Of a stretch of 64,000 nt of DNA, positions 48,459 through 58,202 are shown piece by piece (position 1 is the stretch's first letter; each line of letters starts with the position of its first letter). The notes beneath the pieces were generated by a model, which was not told the DNA's origin, searched no databases, and worked only from the letters and a program-made list of their open reading frames with translations. The translations under genes and the position numbers were made by a program. The stretch comes from Candidatus Nanopelagicales bacterium (GTDB taxonomy: Bacteria > Actinomycetota > Actinomycetes > S36-B12), in the NCBI GenBank assembly GCA_044360385.1, contig JBIKKK010000001.1, positions 21,101-85,100 of the forward strand, in the 5' to 3' direction.

Positions 48459-49342
48459 GCACCGTCATGGAGACGCCGAATCCGGGCGGGACGGCAGAGC
48501 CGTCCACGTCGAGTTACGCCGCGCGCAAGACCCTCACTGTCCGCGTCGAGCTCGTCCGCCAACTGCGTCGTCGGCGCACCCTCGTCGCCTTCGGCCTGGC
48601 TGTTGCCCTGCCGCTCATCGTGGTCGCGGCCGTCAAGCTGGGCCCGGAGTCTCGTGGCTTCGGCGACGGAGATCTTGATCTTGTCGGACTTGCGACAGCT
48701 GGACCGTGGAACTTCACCCTCACGATGCTGCTCTTCGCGTCGGGATTCCTCCTCACGATCATCGCGGCGATGTTCCTCGGCGACACGGTGGCGAGCGAGG
48801 CATCGTGGTCGACGATGCGCTATCTGCTGGCAGCGCCGGTGCCACGGCGCAGGTTCCTGCGCGCCAAGATGATCGTCGGCCTCATCCTTACCGTTGCCAC
48901 CCTGGTCATCCTCATCGCCGTGTCCTTCGGCATCGCCCTCGTTGTCTTCGGGTCGGCACCGCTCACGAGCCCCCTGGGCGGGTCCTTCGACGTCGCGACC
49001 TCGTGGCAGCGCTTGGGCATCGTGACTATCTACATCGCGATCCAATTGCTCATCCCCGCGGGGATCGCGTTCCTCATGAGCGTGTTGACCGATGTGCCCC
49101 TGGGAGCGGTTGGTGCCGCGGTCGTCATCGTGATCGTCCTCAACATCATTGATGCCATCGACGCCCTCGGTGACTTGAGGAGGCTCCTCCCCACCGACTA
49201 CGGCGGTTCCTGGGCGGATGCGCTCGGCCAGCAGATCGCCTGGGACGACATGGCGATAGGCGCGTCCTACGCCGTCGTGACCTTCGCCGTGCTCGCAGCC
49301 ATCGCCTTCCTGCGCTTCGATCGCAAGGACATTCTCTCCTAG
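48455..49342 (+). CDS. ABC-2-type transporter permease
   Basis: 295 aa, 6 TM helices with a large first loop. GTG 48455 overlaps the stop of the fusion gene (GTGA). Confidence 0.75.
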   Translation: MSTVMETPNPGGTAEPSTSSYAARKTLTVRVELVRQLRRRRTLVAFGLAVALPLIVVAAVKLGPESRGFGDGDLDLVGLATAGPWNFTLTMLLFASGFLLTIIAAMFLGDTVASEASWSTMRYLLAAPVPRRRFLRAKMIVGLILTVATLVILIAVSFGIALVVFGSAPLTSPLGGSFDVATSWQRLGIVTIYIAIQLLIPAGIAFLMSVLTDVPLGAVGAAVVIVIVLNIIDAIDALGDLRRLLPTDYGGSWADALGQQIAWDDMAIGASYAVVTFAVLAAIAFLRFDRKDILS

Positions 49343-49354
49343 TCTGAGTAGTCA

Positions 49355-49383
49355 CCTGGTCTGGCAGGATGAACCAGACCAGG
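49355..49383 (+). terminator. Hairpin between ABC-2 permease and MFS gene
   Basis: 10-bp stem CCTGGTCTGG / CCAGACCAGG with a 9-nt loop. The 3' arm abuts the MFS ribosome-binding site AGGGAGGG. Confidence 0.45.
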
Positions 49384-49391
49384 GAGGGAAC

Positions 49392-50996
49392 ATGGCAACC
49401 GATGCCGCCGCCGGCACCACTCAAGCGCCGGCTCGGGCCGGGATCGTCCTCACCGCGCTGATCCTCGCCGCCATCGTGGCCAACCTCAACCTCAGCGTCG
49501 CCAACGTCGCGCTGCCGGACATCGGCAGGGCGCTCGAGGCCGGGCAGACCGAGATCAACCTCATCGCCATCGGATGCACGCTCGGCCTCGCGATGTCCGT
49601 GCTCTACCTCGGCGCCCTGGGCGATCGCTACGGCCGCAAGCTCATGCTCATGCTCGGCATGATGCTCACCCTGCCCGCCAGCGCTATTTCTGCCTGGGCG
49701 CCCAACGACATCATCCTCATCGGAGGGCGCATCTTCACAGGCGTCGCGGCTGGCCTGGCCTATCCGACGACGCTCGCACTGATCACGGCCCTGTGGGGCC
49801 CGACCCGGGCCAGGGTCAAGGCAATCGCCCTGTGGTCAGGCATCGGGAGCGGGGGCGCGGTGCTCGGTCCTGTCATCGCCGGAGCACTCCTGGAGTGGTT
49901 CTGGTGGGGGTCGGTCTTCCTCATCGCCGTCCCACCCGCGGTGATTGCCCTCGTGCTGGTGTGGAAGTTCGTGCCCGCCCACGTCAATGAGTCCACCGAT
50001 CCGGTCGACAACCTCGGCGGCATCCTCTCGGTCGTCATGATTGCCGCCCTCGTCCTCGGCCTGAGCACCGTCGCCGCTCCCGGGCAGTTCGCGTCCTCCC
50101 TCGCCCTGATGGGGCTCGCCCTCGTCGTGGGCGTGCTCTTCATCATCCGGCAGCGCCGAGCGCGCAATCCGCTCTACGACCTCAACTATGCGGCTCGTCG
50201 GCTCTTCTGGGTTGCTGCCATCAGCGGCATGATCGTCTTCGGATCGCTCATGGGCTCGCTCTTCATCGGGCAGCAGTTCCTCCAGGACGTCCTCGCGTAT
50301 TCGACACTTTCTGCAGGCCTTGCCGTCCTGCCGGCGGCGTTCATGATGATGGCCGTCTCACCCCTGTCCGCACGCATGATCAATGCCCTCGGGTCTCGTG
50401 ACACTCTCCTGATCGGCACCGGCCTGGTGGTCGTCGGTTTCGTCGTCATGCTGGTGGTTTGGGGAGAGGGCACGCCGTACTGGGAGGTGGGCATCGCCTA
50501 CGCGCTGGTCGGAGCGGGCGTCGGCATCGCACTTGCACCTGCCTCGAGGGCGTTGACCAGTTCCGTGCCAGTCGACCGCGTGGGCATGGCTTCGGCCACC
50601 TCGGACCTGCAGCGTGACCTGGGCGGTTCGATCATGCAGGCCCTCTTGGGGTCACTGCTCACCGCCGGCTACGCCACCGCCATGGCCAAGCAGATTGGTG
50701 AGAGTTCCGAGGCCTCGCAGATCACGTCCGAGACGCAGGCTTCCCTGCAGAAGTCCTTCACCACAGCACAGTCCCTGAGCGAGCAGTACCCGCAGTACGC
50801 GAGTCAGATCGTCGAGGCTGCGCGGCAGTCGTTCCTCACGGGAGCCAACTGGGCCTACGCCGCAGCGATTGCAGCGGGCCTCATTGCCATGGTGATCGTG
50901 CGCATGGCGTATCCCGGCAAGGCCGGGGAGACCGCCCTCCTCGCGGAGTACGCCAAGGAGGACTCCGCCGCGCCGGCGGCCAAGACGGGCGGCTAG
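49392..50996 (+). CDS. MFS transporter, DHA2 (EmrB/QacA, 14-TMS) type
   Basis: 534 aa, 14 predicted TM helices, with motif-A-like GALGDRYGRK and an N-terminal LNLSVANVALPDI typical of DHA2. Confidence 0.85.
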   Translation: MATDAAAGTTQAPARAGIVLTALILAAIVANLNLSVANVALPDIGRALEAGQTEINLIAIGCTLGLAMSVLYLGALGDRYGRKLMLMLGMMLTLPASAISAWAPNDIILIGGRIFTGVAAGLAYPTTLALITALWGPTRARVKAIALWSGIGSGGAVLGPVIAGALLEWFWWGSVFLIAVPPAVIALVLVWKFVPAHVNESTDPVDNLGGILSVVMIAALVLGLSTVAAPGQFASSLALMGLALVVGVLFIIRQRRARNPLYDLNYAARRLFWVAAISGMIVFGSLMGSLFIGQQFLQDVLAYSTLSAGLAVLPAAFMMMAVSPLSARMINALGSRDTLLIGTGLVVVGFVVMLVVWGEGTPYWEVGIAYALVGAGVGIALAPASRALTSSVPVDRVGMASATSDLQRDLGGSIMQALLGSLLTAGYATAMAKQIGESSEASQITSETQASLQKSFTTAQSLSEQYPQYASQIVEAARQSFLTGANWAYAAAIAAGLIAMVIVRMAYPGKAGETALLAEYAKEDSAAPAAKTGG

Positions 50997-52138
50997 TAGC
51001 TGAAGGGCCAGGCCTTGAAGTAGTTACGCAATCGCAGCCATAGTCCGTAGAGCCCACGTGGCTCGAGGATGAGGAAGAGGATGATCAGCAGGCCGAAGAT
51101 GATGGTCTGAAGCTCGAAGACATTGAGCAGGCCACCTTCGCCGATGCCACCGAATCCGGGGATGAAGCCGGTGAGGGTGTTGACCAGCTTGGGCAGCATG
51201 ACGACGAAGATCGCACCCATGATCGAGCCGGTGATGGTCGCGAGGCCGCCAATGAAGACGACGGCGAGGAAGTCAATAGAGAGGAAGATATTCCACGTCT
51301 CCGGCGAGATGCGGCCGATGACGATCGAGAGCAGTGCTCCGGAGATGCCCGCGTAGAAGGACGAGACGGTGAAGGCGAGCGACTTGGTGCGCAAGAGTGA
51401 TACACCCATCACCTCGGCGGCCACGTCGCGGTCGCGAACCGCAGCGAAGTTGCGGCCGTAGCGGGAGCGCACGAAGTTGCGTGCGCCGAAGGCCATGACG
51501 AGGAAGATCACCAGGCACGCGACGTAGAAGACGGTGAAGCGATCAATGCGATAGCCGAGGATCGTCTGGTTGGAGAAGAGGTCGAAGCCGAGGAAGACCG
51601 GCTCCGCTGGCGCACGACCCACGCCGGCTCCGCCGGTGATCGGCTTGGCCTCCTTGAAGATGTGCTCGCCGATGAAGACCAGGCCGAGGGTGAGGATCGC
51701 GAGGTAGAGACCACGCACTCTTGCCGCCAGGGGGGCGAGCACGAAGGCCACGAGTGCGGGCACGAGTCCGGCAAGGGGCAGCCAAATGACCATGTCGAGC
51801 CCAAGACCGATGACGTCACCTTGAGCCTCGCCGCCCAGGACAGCAGCGGTGTAGGCGCCCACGCCCATGAAGAACGCCTGGCCCAGGGAGACCTGCCCGG
51901 CGTACCCCGTGAGGACATTGAGACCGATGCCTCCGATAGCGAAGATGAGGACTGTCGTGAGCAGTGCGACCCAGTCGCGCGTGAGGAAGAACGGGATGAT
52001 CGCCATGGCGATGATCCCGACGATGACCCAATTGCGCTTGACGCGAGTGTTGAAGATCGCCATCTCGCGCGAGTAGCTGGTGAAGAGCTGCGGGCGTCCC
52101 TTGACCGTGCGAAGTGACTCCTTGGTCGCGGTGGTCAT
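50993..52138 (-). CDS. Branched-chain-amino-acid-type ABC permease (LivM-like)
   Basis: LivM-type TM pattern with GQVSLGQAFFMGVGAYT. The tracked ORF is trimmed to MTTATKE (ATG 52138), which overlaps the livH-like stop (ATGA). Confidence 0.85.
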   Translation of the reverse strand: MTTATKESLRTVKGRPQLFTSYSREMAIFNTRVKRNWVIVGIIAMAIIPFFLTRDWVALLTTVLIFAIGGIGLNVLTGYAGQVSLGQAFFMGVGAYTAAVLGGEAQGDVIGLGLDMVIWLPLAGLVPALVAFVLAPLAARVRGLYLAILTLGLVFIGEHIFKEAKPITGGAGVGRAPAEPVFLGFDLFSNQTILGYRIDRFTVFYVACLVIFLVMAFGARNFVRSRYGRNFAAVRDRDVAAEVMGVSLLRTKSLAFTVSSFYAGISGALLSIVIGRISPETWNIFLSIDFLAVVFIGGLATITGSIMGAIFVVMLPKLVNTLTGFIPGFGGIGEGGLLNVFELQTIIFGLLIILFLILEPRGLYGLWLRLRNYFKAWPFSY

Positions 52139-53031
52139 ACCCGCACCACCTCCTTCGTGCCGAAGAGACCGTAGGGCCTGACCATCAAGACGATGATCAT
52201 GATCAGGTAGGGCACGATGACGTCGAAGTTGGCGCCGAGCCACGGGGCGTAAATGGGCTGGTAGGTCCGGGTCAGCGACTCGGCGATGCCGATGATGAGA
52301 CCGGCGATGACGGAACCCTTGATGGAGTCCAGGCCGCCGAGGATGATCACGGGCAGGGCCTTGAGGGCCACCAGGGCGACCGTCGTTTCGATTCCCGAGC
52401 TGCCGGCCGTGAGCAGTGCACCCGCGAGGGCTGCCATGGCCGCGGCGATCCCCCAGGAGAGCCCGAACATTCGGCCGACATTGATGCCCTGGGCCAGGCT
52501 TGTCTCCTGGTCGAAGGCCGTGGCCCGCATGGCGAGGCCCGTCCGCGACCGCGTGAGGAAGAGACCCACGATCGCGATGGCGACGAGGGCGATGACCAGG
52601 CGCGCGATGTCCACGGTGAAGAGCCGCGCACCGAAGACGTCCACCGTGTTGAGGCCGAAGGGGTCGTTGACCGTGAGGAGCTCGGATCCGATGAGGCGAC
52701 CGCCAATGATGAGCAAGATGATGAAGACGCCGACCGTCACGGTCGCCGCCGAGAAGGCCGGTCTGCCGACCATGGGTCGCAGGGCGATGCGCTCGATCAC
52801 CATTCCGATGATGGCCATGACGGCCATGCCAAGGAGCACCGAGAGCCAGAAGGGAAGTCCGATGGCATTGCCGAAGGAACCCGTGAAGAATGCGCCGAGG
52901 ATCATGAGCGCGGGGGTCGCGAAGTTGATGACGCCCGTGGCCCGGTAGACGATCACGAAGGACACGCCCAGGACGGCGTAGAGCCCGCCCAGGCCCAGTC
53001 CCCGGACGAGGGATTCGATCAGGTCCGTCAT
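52135..53031 (-). CDS. Branched-chain-amino-acid-type ABC permease (LivH-like)
   Basis: 298 aa with GLGGLYAVLGVSFVIVYRATGVINFA and a C-terminal GLFGTKE. Confidence 0.9.
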   Translation of the reverse strand: MTDLIESLVRGLGLGGLYAVLGVSFVIVYRATGVINFATPALMILGAFFTGSFGNAIGLPFWLSVLLGMAVMAIIGMVIERIALRPMVGRPAFSAATVTVGVFIILLIIGGRLIGSELLTVNDPFGLNTVDVFGARLFTVDIARLVIALVAIAIVGLFLTRSRTGLAMRATAFDQETSLAQGINVGRMFGLSWGIAAAMAALAGALLTAGSSGIETTVALVALKALPVIILGGLDSIKGSVIAGLIIGIAESLTRTYQPIYAPWLGANFDVIVPYLIMIIVLMVRPYGLFGTKEVVRV

Positions 53032-53034
53032 GTC

Positions 53035-54960
53035 CTAGACCTCCGCTTTTTCGGACACGGTGGTGTCGACGACGATGACATCGCTCTGGTCGCCGCCCGG
53101 AAGTCGATCGGCGCCCGAGTACATGTCGTCGATGAGGGGTGCGAAGGTCGCCGTGAGCGCGGAGCGCTTGACCTTCTGGGTAGCGGTGAGCTCACCGTCC
53201 TCGTGGTCGAGGGCCTTGGTGAGCATGCGGAACTTGCGAATGTTCTCCACGCGCGCGGTCGCCTCATTGACCTTGGCGATGATCCCCTGCACGAGCCGAA
53301 GCACCTCTTCCTTCTCGGAGAGATCCCGGTAGGTGGTGTAGGGGATGCGCTTCGCGCGTGCCCACTGCCCGACGGTGTCCTCCTCGACACCGATAAGCGC
53401 GGTGAGGTAGGGCCGCTGATCACCGATGACGACGGCTTCGCGGATGAAAGGGGACGCCTTGAGGGCGTTCTCGAGCTCGGAGGGCGAGATGTTCTTGCCA
53501 CCGGCCGTGATGATGATGTCCTTGATGCGGTCGATGATCTTCAGGTGCGTGCCGTCGACCCACTCTCCGACATCGCCCGTGTGCAGCCATCCCTCGGCAT
53601 CGACGGTCTCGGCCGTGGCCTCGGGCCTGCCCCAGTAGCCCGCGAACGTGCCGGGGTGTCGAGTGAGGATCTCGCCCGTGCCCTCCGCCAGGATCACGTC
53701 GACGCCCGGGTGGGGCTCCCCGACGGTGCCGAGCTTGATGCGGCCAGCGCGGTTGCTGGTCGCCACCGCGCTGTTCTCCGTCATGCCGTAGAGCTCGTTG
53801 ATCACGACGCCCATGGTGAAGAAGAAGAAGAGGACATCGGGTGAGATGGGTGCCGCGGCCGACGCCGCGGCCCTCACTCGGCGCAGGCCGAGGCGCTCGC
53901 GCAGTGCGCGGTAGAGGAAGACATAGCCGACGGAGTAGCGCAGTCGGCTCCACAGCGTGTGCTTGCCGCCGTTGGCCAGCATCGACTTGGCGATCCCCTG
54001 CCCGACCTTCATCCAAATGCCGTAGTTGAGCTTCTTGATGCGAGAAGCCGCTGCCATGCGGACCTCGACCGCAGCCTTGAGCTTCTCCCAGATGCGCGGG
54101 ACGGCGAAGAAGAGCGTCGGCTGCACCTCGCGGATGTTGACGGTCACGGTGTCGATGGACTCCGCGAAGTGCACGACCGCACCGGAGACGGCGTTGGTCC
54201 ACGTCGTCACGGCTCGCTCGGCGACGTGGCACAGCGGGAGGTAGGACAGGATGACATCGCTGGGGTTGGGCGGCGGGTCGTATAGGCCGCCGCCGTCGAC
54301 GATCACGCCGCTGGCGAATTCGACGTTGGCGTTGGAGAGCATCGCCCCCTTGGGCGGTCCGGTCGTGCCGGACGTGTAGACGAGGGTCACGATGTCGCCG
54401 GGCTCTGCCTGGCCGGCGACGCGCTCGAGTGCACGGGGATCGGCCTCGCGGTGGGCATGGCCGCGTGCGAGGAATTCCTCCCAGCTCATGAGCTTGGGGT
54501 GATCGATCGTGGCGACGCCGCGGGGATCGAGGTAGACGATGCGCTCGAGCGTGGGGCACTCAGCCTCGATGAGAAGCGCCTTGTCCACCTGCTCCTGGTC
54601 CTCGGCGATGAGGATCCGGGCGCCCGAGTCGGCGAGCAGGTAGGCCACCTCGGGTGCGGGGTTGGTGGGGTAGAGGCCGACGGTGATCCCGCGTACGGCA
54701 TTGGTGCCCAGGTCGCCGAAGAGCCACTCGGGGCGGTTCTCGGAGTGGATGGCGACTCGGTCTCCCGGCTCGATGCCGAGTGAGAGAAGTGCGTGCCCGA
54801 CCAGGCTCACCTGGTCGGCGTACTCCGCCCAGGTGATGTCGCGCCAGATGCCGAGGCGCTTGGCGCGCATCGCGACGCCGTCGGGTGCCGACTGGGCTCG
54901 GGACTGCACTGCCCCCACCAGGGTCCAGGTGCCTGTGATGGGCTCGGCTACCGCGGTCAT
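53035..54960 (-). CDS. AMP-dependent acyl-CoA synthetase/ligase embedded in the ABC operon
   Basis: AMP-binding motif LVYTSGTTGPPKGAML, YGMTEN, HTGDVGE, and IKDIIITAGGKNISP. 641 aa. Confidence 0.85.
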   Translation of the reverse strand: MTAVAEPITGTWTLVGAVQSRAQSAPDGVAMRAKRLGIWRDITWAEYADQVSLVGHALLSLGIEPGDRVAIHSENRPEWLFGDLGTNAVRGITVGLYPTNPAPEVAYLLADSGARILIAEDQEQVDKALLIEAECPTLERIVYLDPRGVATIDHPKLMSWEEFLARGHAHREADPRALERVAGQAEPGDIVTLVYTSGTTGPPKGAMLSNANVEFASGVIVDGGGLYDPPPNPSDVILSYLPLCHVAERAVTTWTNAVSGAVVHFAESIDTVTVNIREVQPTLFFAVPRIWEKLKAAVEVRMAAASRIKKLNYGIWMKVGQGIAKSMLANGGKHTLWSRLRYSVGYVFLYRALRERLGLRRVRAAASAAAPISPDVLFFFFTMGVVINELYGMTENSAVATSNRAGRIKLGTVGEPHPGVDVILAEGTGEILTRHPGTFAGYWGRPEATAETVDAEGWLHTGDVGEWVDGTHLKIIDRIKDIIITAGGKNISPSELENALKASPFIREAVVIGDQRPYLTALIGVEEDTVGQWARAKRIPYTTYRDLSEKEEVLRLVQGIIAKVNEATARVENIRKFRMLTKALDHEDGELTATQKVKRSALTATFAPLIDDMYSGADRLPGGDQSDVIVVDTTVSEKAEV

Positions 54961-55750
54961 CGGGTCTCCGTTCCTGCTTCGCTGAGTTCCTCGCCGAGAT
55001 AGGCGCGGATGACGTTGGGGTCTGACTGCACCACCGCCGGTGTGCCGAGGGCGATGCGCTCTCCGAAGTCGAGGACGAGCACGCGGTCCGCGAGGTCCAT
55101 GACCAGTCCCATGTCGTGCTCGACCAGGATCATGGTCACGCCCATCTCAGCGCGGACGTCGAGGATGAAGCGGGCCATGTCCTCGGTCTCCTCGACGTTC
55201 ATGCCGGCCACCGGCTCGTCGAGAAGAAGGAGGGTCGGGTCCATGGCGAGAGCCCGTCCGAGCTCCACGCGCTTCTTGACGCCGTAGGGAAGCATCCCCA
55301 CGGGGAAGCTGCGCTTGCCCTCGATATCCAGGAAGTCGATGATGCGCTCGACTACTTCGCGATTGGCAACCTCTTGGCGCTTGGCCTTCCGGCTGAAGAG
55401 GAAAGCTGATGCGACGGAGTAGTTCATGTGCAGTGCCCGACCCAGCATGAGGTTGTCCAGCACGGTGAGGTTGTCGAAGAGCTCGATGTTCTGGAACATG
55501 CGCGCCACACCGAGTCGGGCGATGTCTTCGGGTGGCTTGCCGACGAGGTTCTCGTCGCGGAAGAGGATCGACCCCTGCTGCGGGTGGTAGACCCCGGAGA
55601 TGCAGTTGAAGATCGACGTCTTGCCGGCGCCGTTGGGGCCGATGATGGCGAAGAGCTCGCCCTTGCGTACGTCGAAGCTGACATCGCGGATGGCCTGGGT
55701 GCCGCCGAAGGACAGGGAGATGCCCTCGGCGCTCAGGAGGACGTCCGTGC

Positions 55751-55763
<13 letters not shown>
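54957..55763 (-). CDS. ABC ATP-binding protein (LivG-like)
   Basis: Walker A GPNGAGKTS, signature LPYGVKKRVEL, Walker B LLLLDEPVAGM, and a LivG-type insertion. Confidence 0.9.
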
Positions 55764-56536
<773 letters not shown>

Positions 56537-56550
56537 CGGGTGCCTCTCCT

Positions 56551-56589
56551 CCCTTGGCGGTCAAGCCCGACCCTTGGCGGTAGAGCCCG
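56551..56589. promoter_or_regulatory. Tandem 20-nt direct repeat in the divergent ABC control region
   Basis: CCCTTGGCGGTCAAGCCCG (56551-56569) and CCCTTGGCGGTAGAGCCCG (56571-56589), immediately upstream of the livF-like RBS. A TTGACA hexamer lies at 56698-56703, facing the binding-protein gene. Confidence 0.4.
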
Positions 56590-56785
56590 GCAGGGCGATC
56601 TAGCCGGCCCCCCGGGCCGCACCGCCCTGATGCCCCGCCATCTTGCCAAGGATTGGGCCCCCTGCGAGGCGAAGTTCCTAGCGGAGGTCCCTTTTCTTTG
56701 ACAGAGTGGGCGCGTAGGGCCATGGATCCCGCCAGGAGTGCTGGCCTGGGGACTGGCATCGAGCCGATGGCATGAGGAGGAAGTC

Positions 56786-58138
56786 GTGGTGTCCAAGCGC
56801 ATGGCGAAGGTCCTCGCGGGCGCAGGGGCGGCTGCCCTGGTGCTCGTGGGGTGTAGCAGTGGGGGCGGCGACGCGACCCCGACCCAGGCGGCATCGTCCG
56901 AGGGGGGCACCTCACCCCGCGAAGGCATCGTCTTCGACGTCGGTGTCACCGAAGAGCCGTGCCCCGAGGCCATCAATCCTGGCAACGGGTGCATCTACCT
57001 CGGCGTCCTCTCCGATCTGACCGAGGGTCCGTTCGCACCGCTCGCGACCCAGGTTGTCACCGGGCAGCAGGACTTCTGGACCTATGTGAACCAGCAGGGC
57101 GGCATCTCCGGCTTCGACGTCAACATGGCCGCCAATACGCGCGACAACAAGTACGACCCGGCGGTGCATAGCCAGGAGTACCGCGCGATCGAGCCCAATA
57201 TTCTTGCGCTCGCCCAGACCCTCGGCACGCCGCAGACCCAGGCGATCCTCGGCGATATGGAGGCCGACAACGTTATCGGTGTACCCGCCTCGTGGTGGTC
57301 GGGCTGGCAGTTCCCGGAGACTGACGGCGGCGTCATCTTGGAGTCGGGTTCGTCCTACTGCATCGCCGCCATGGGCGGCCTGGACTGGTGGGTGGAGAAC
57401 AAGACCCCCATCACCAAGCTCGTCGCAGTCGGCTATCCCGGTGACTACGGCGGCGACTACGCCGCGGGTGCTGAGAAGTGGGCTGCCGCCAACGGAGTCG
57501 AGTTCGCGGGCATCGTCGAGACAGCTCCCAACGCCACCGCGGGCAACCAGGACGCGGCAGTGTCGGCTGTCGTCGAGTCGGGCGCTGATGTCGTCGCGAT
57601 CGGCGTCGGCCCGGCAGAGGCCGCTGAGATCATCGGCAAGGCCGTAGCCGGCGGCTTCGAGGGGCAGTTCCTCGGTGCAGCGCCGACATGGAACCCGCTC
57701 CTCCTGCAGACTGCGGCTGCGCCCGCGCTGCTCGCGACCTACACCAATGTCGGCACCACGGGTTCCTTCGGCACTCCGTCGGCGGCGATGGACGCGATGC
57801 AGGCCCAGTTGGGTGAGGGCGTCCTGCCCTCCAATGACGGCTACACCTACGGGTGGGTGTGGCAGTACCCCCTCAAGGCAGCTCTCGAGAAGGCCGCAGC
57901 GAATGGTGACCTGACCCGTGAGGGCCTGGTCGCCGCGGTGCAGGGTGGCGTCGAGGTCGACTACGAGGGCGCTCTGCCCAACTCGCTCGTCGGCGGCCCG
58001 CCCGCGGACGTCGACCGCTCGGTGTCGATCAACATCCCGTCCGAGGAGGGTGCTCTCGGTATCGAGACCCTGCTCATGGGTTACGTCGGGCCGACCGCCC
58101 AGGCGTACGACTACAGCGCCCCCTGTTCTGGCGCCTGA
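56786..58138 (+). CDS. ABC substrate-binding lipoprotein (LivK/type-I PBP family)
   Basis: Lipobox LVLVGC|SSGG and a type-I periplasmic-binding-protein fold pattern. GTG 56786 lies 5 nt after GAGGAGG; ATG 56801 is an alternative start. Confidence 0.85.
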   Translation: MVSKRMAKVLAGAGAAALVLVGCSSGGGDATPTQAASSEGGTSPREGIVFDVGVTEEPCPEAINPGNGCIYLGVLSDLTEGPFAPLATQVVTGQQDFWTYVNQQGGISGFDVNMAANTRDNKYDPAVHSQEYRAIEPNILALAQTLGTPQTQAILGDMEADNVIGVPASWWSGWQFPETDGGVILESGSSYCIAAMGGLDWWVENKTPITKLVAVGYPGDYGGDYAAGAEKWAAANGVEFAGIVETAPNATAGNQDAAVSAVVESGADVVAIGVGPAEAAEIIGKAVAGGFEGQFLGAAPTWNPLLLQTAAAPALLATYTNVGTTGSFGTPSAAMDAMQAQLGEGVLPSNDGYTYGWVWQYPLKAALEKAAANGDLTREGLVAAVQGGVEVDYEGALPNSLVGGPPADVDRSVSINIPSEEGALGIETLLMGYVGPTAQAYDYSAPCSGA

Positions 58139-58148
58139 TCACACTTCG

Positions 58149-58192
58149 AACATTGAGGGGCTGGATCCGCAAGGATCCAGCCCCTCAATGTT
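58149..58192. terminator. Bidirectional terminator hairpin
   Basis: 20-bp perfect stem AACATTGAGGGGCTGGATCC / GGATCCAGCCCCTCAATGTT with a GCAA tetraloop, between the convergent stops at 58138 and 58203. Confidence 0.8.
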
Positions 58193-58202
58193 GTGAGGAC
58201 TA

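Noticed and set aside
52114-53844. 576-aa plus-strand ORF
   Set aside because: It is antisense to the livH-like and acyl-CoA-ligase genes. The translation is extremely Asp/Glu/Gly/Arg-rich, so it is a shadow ORF.
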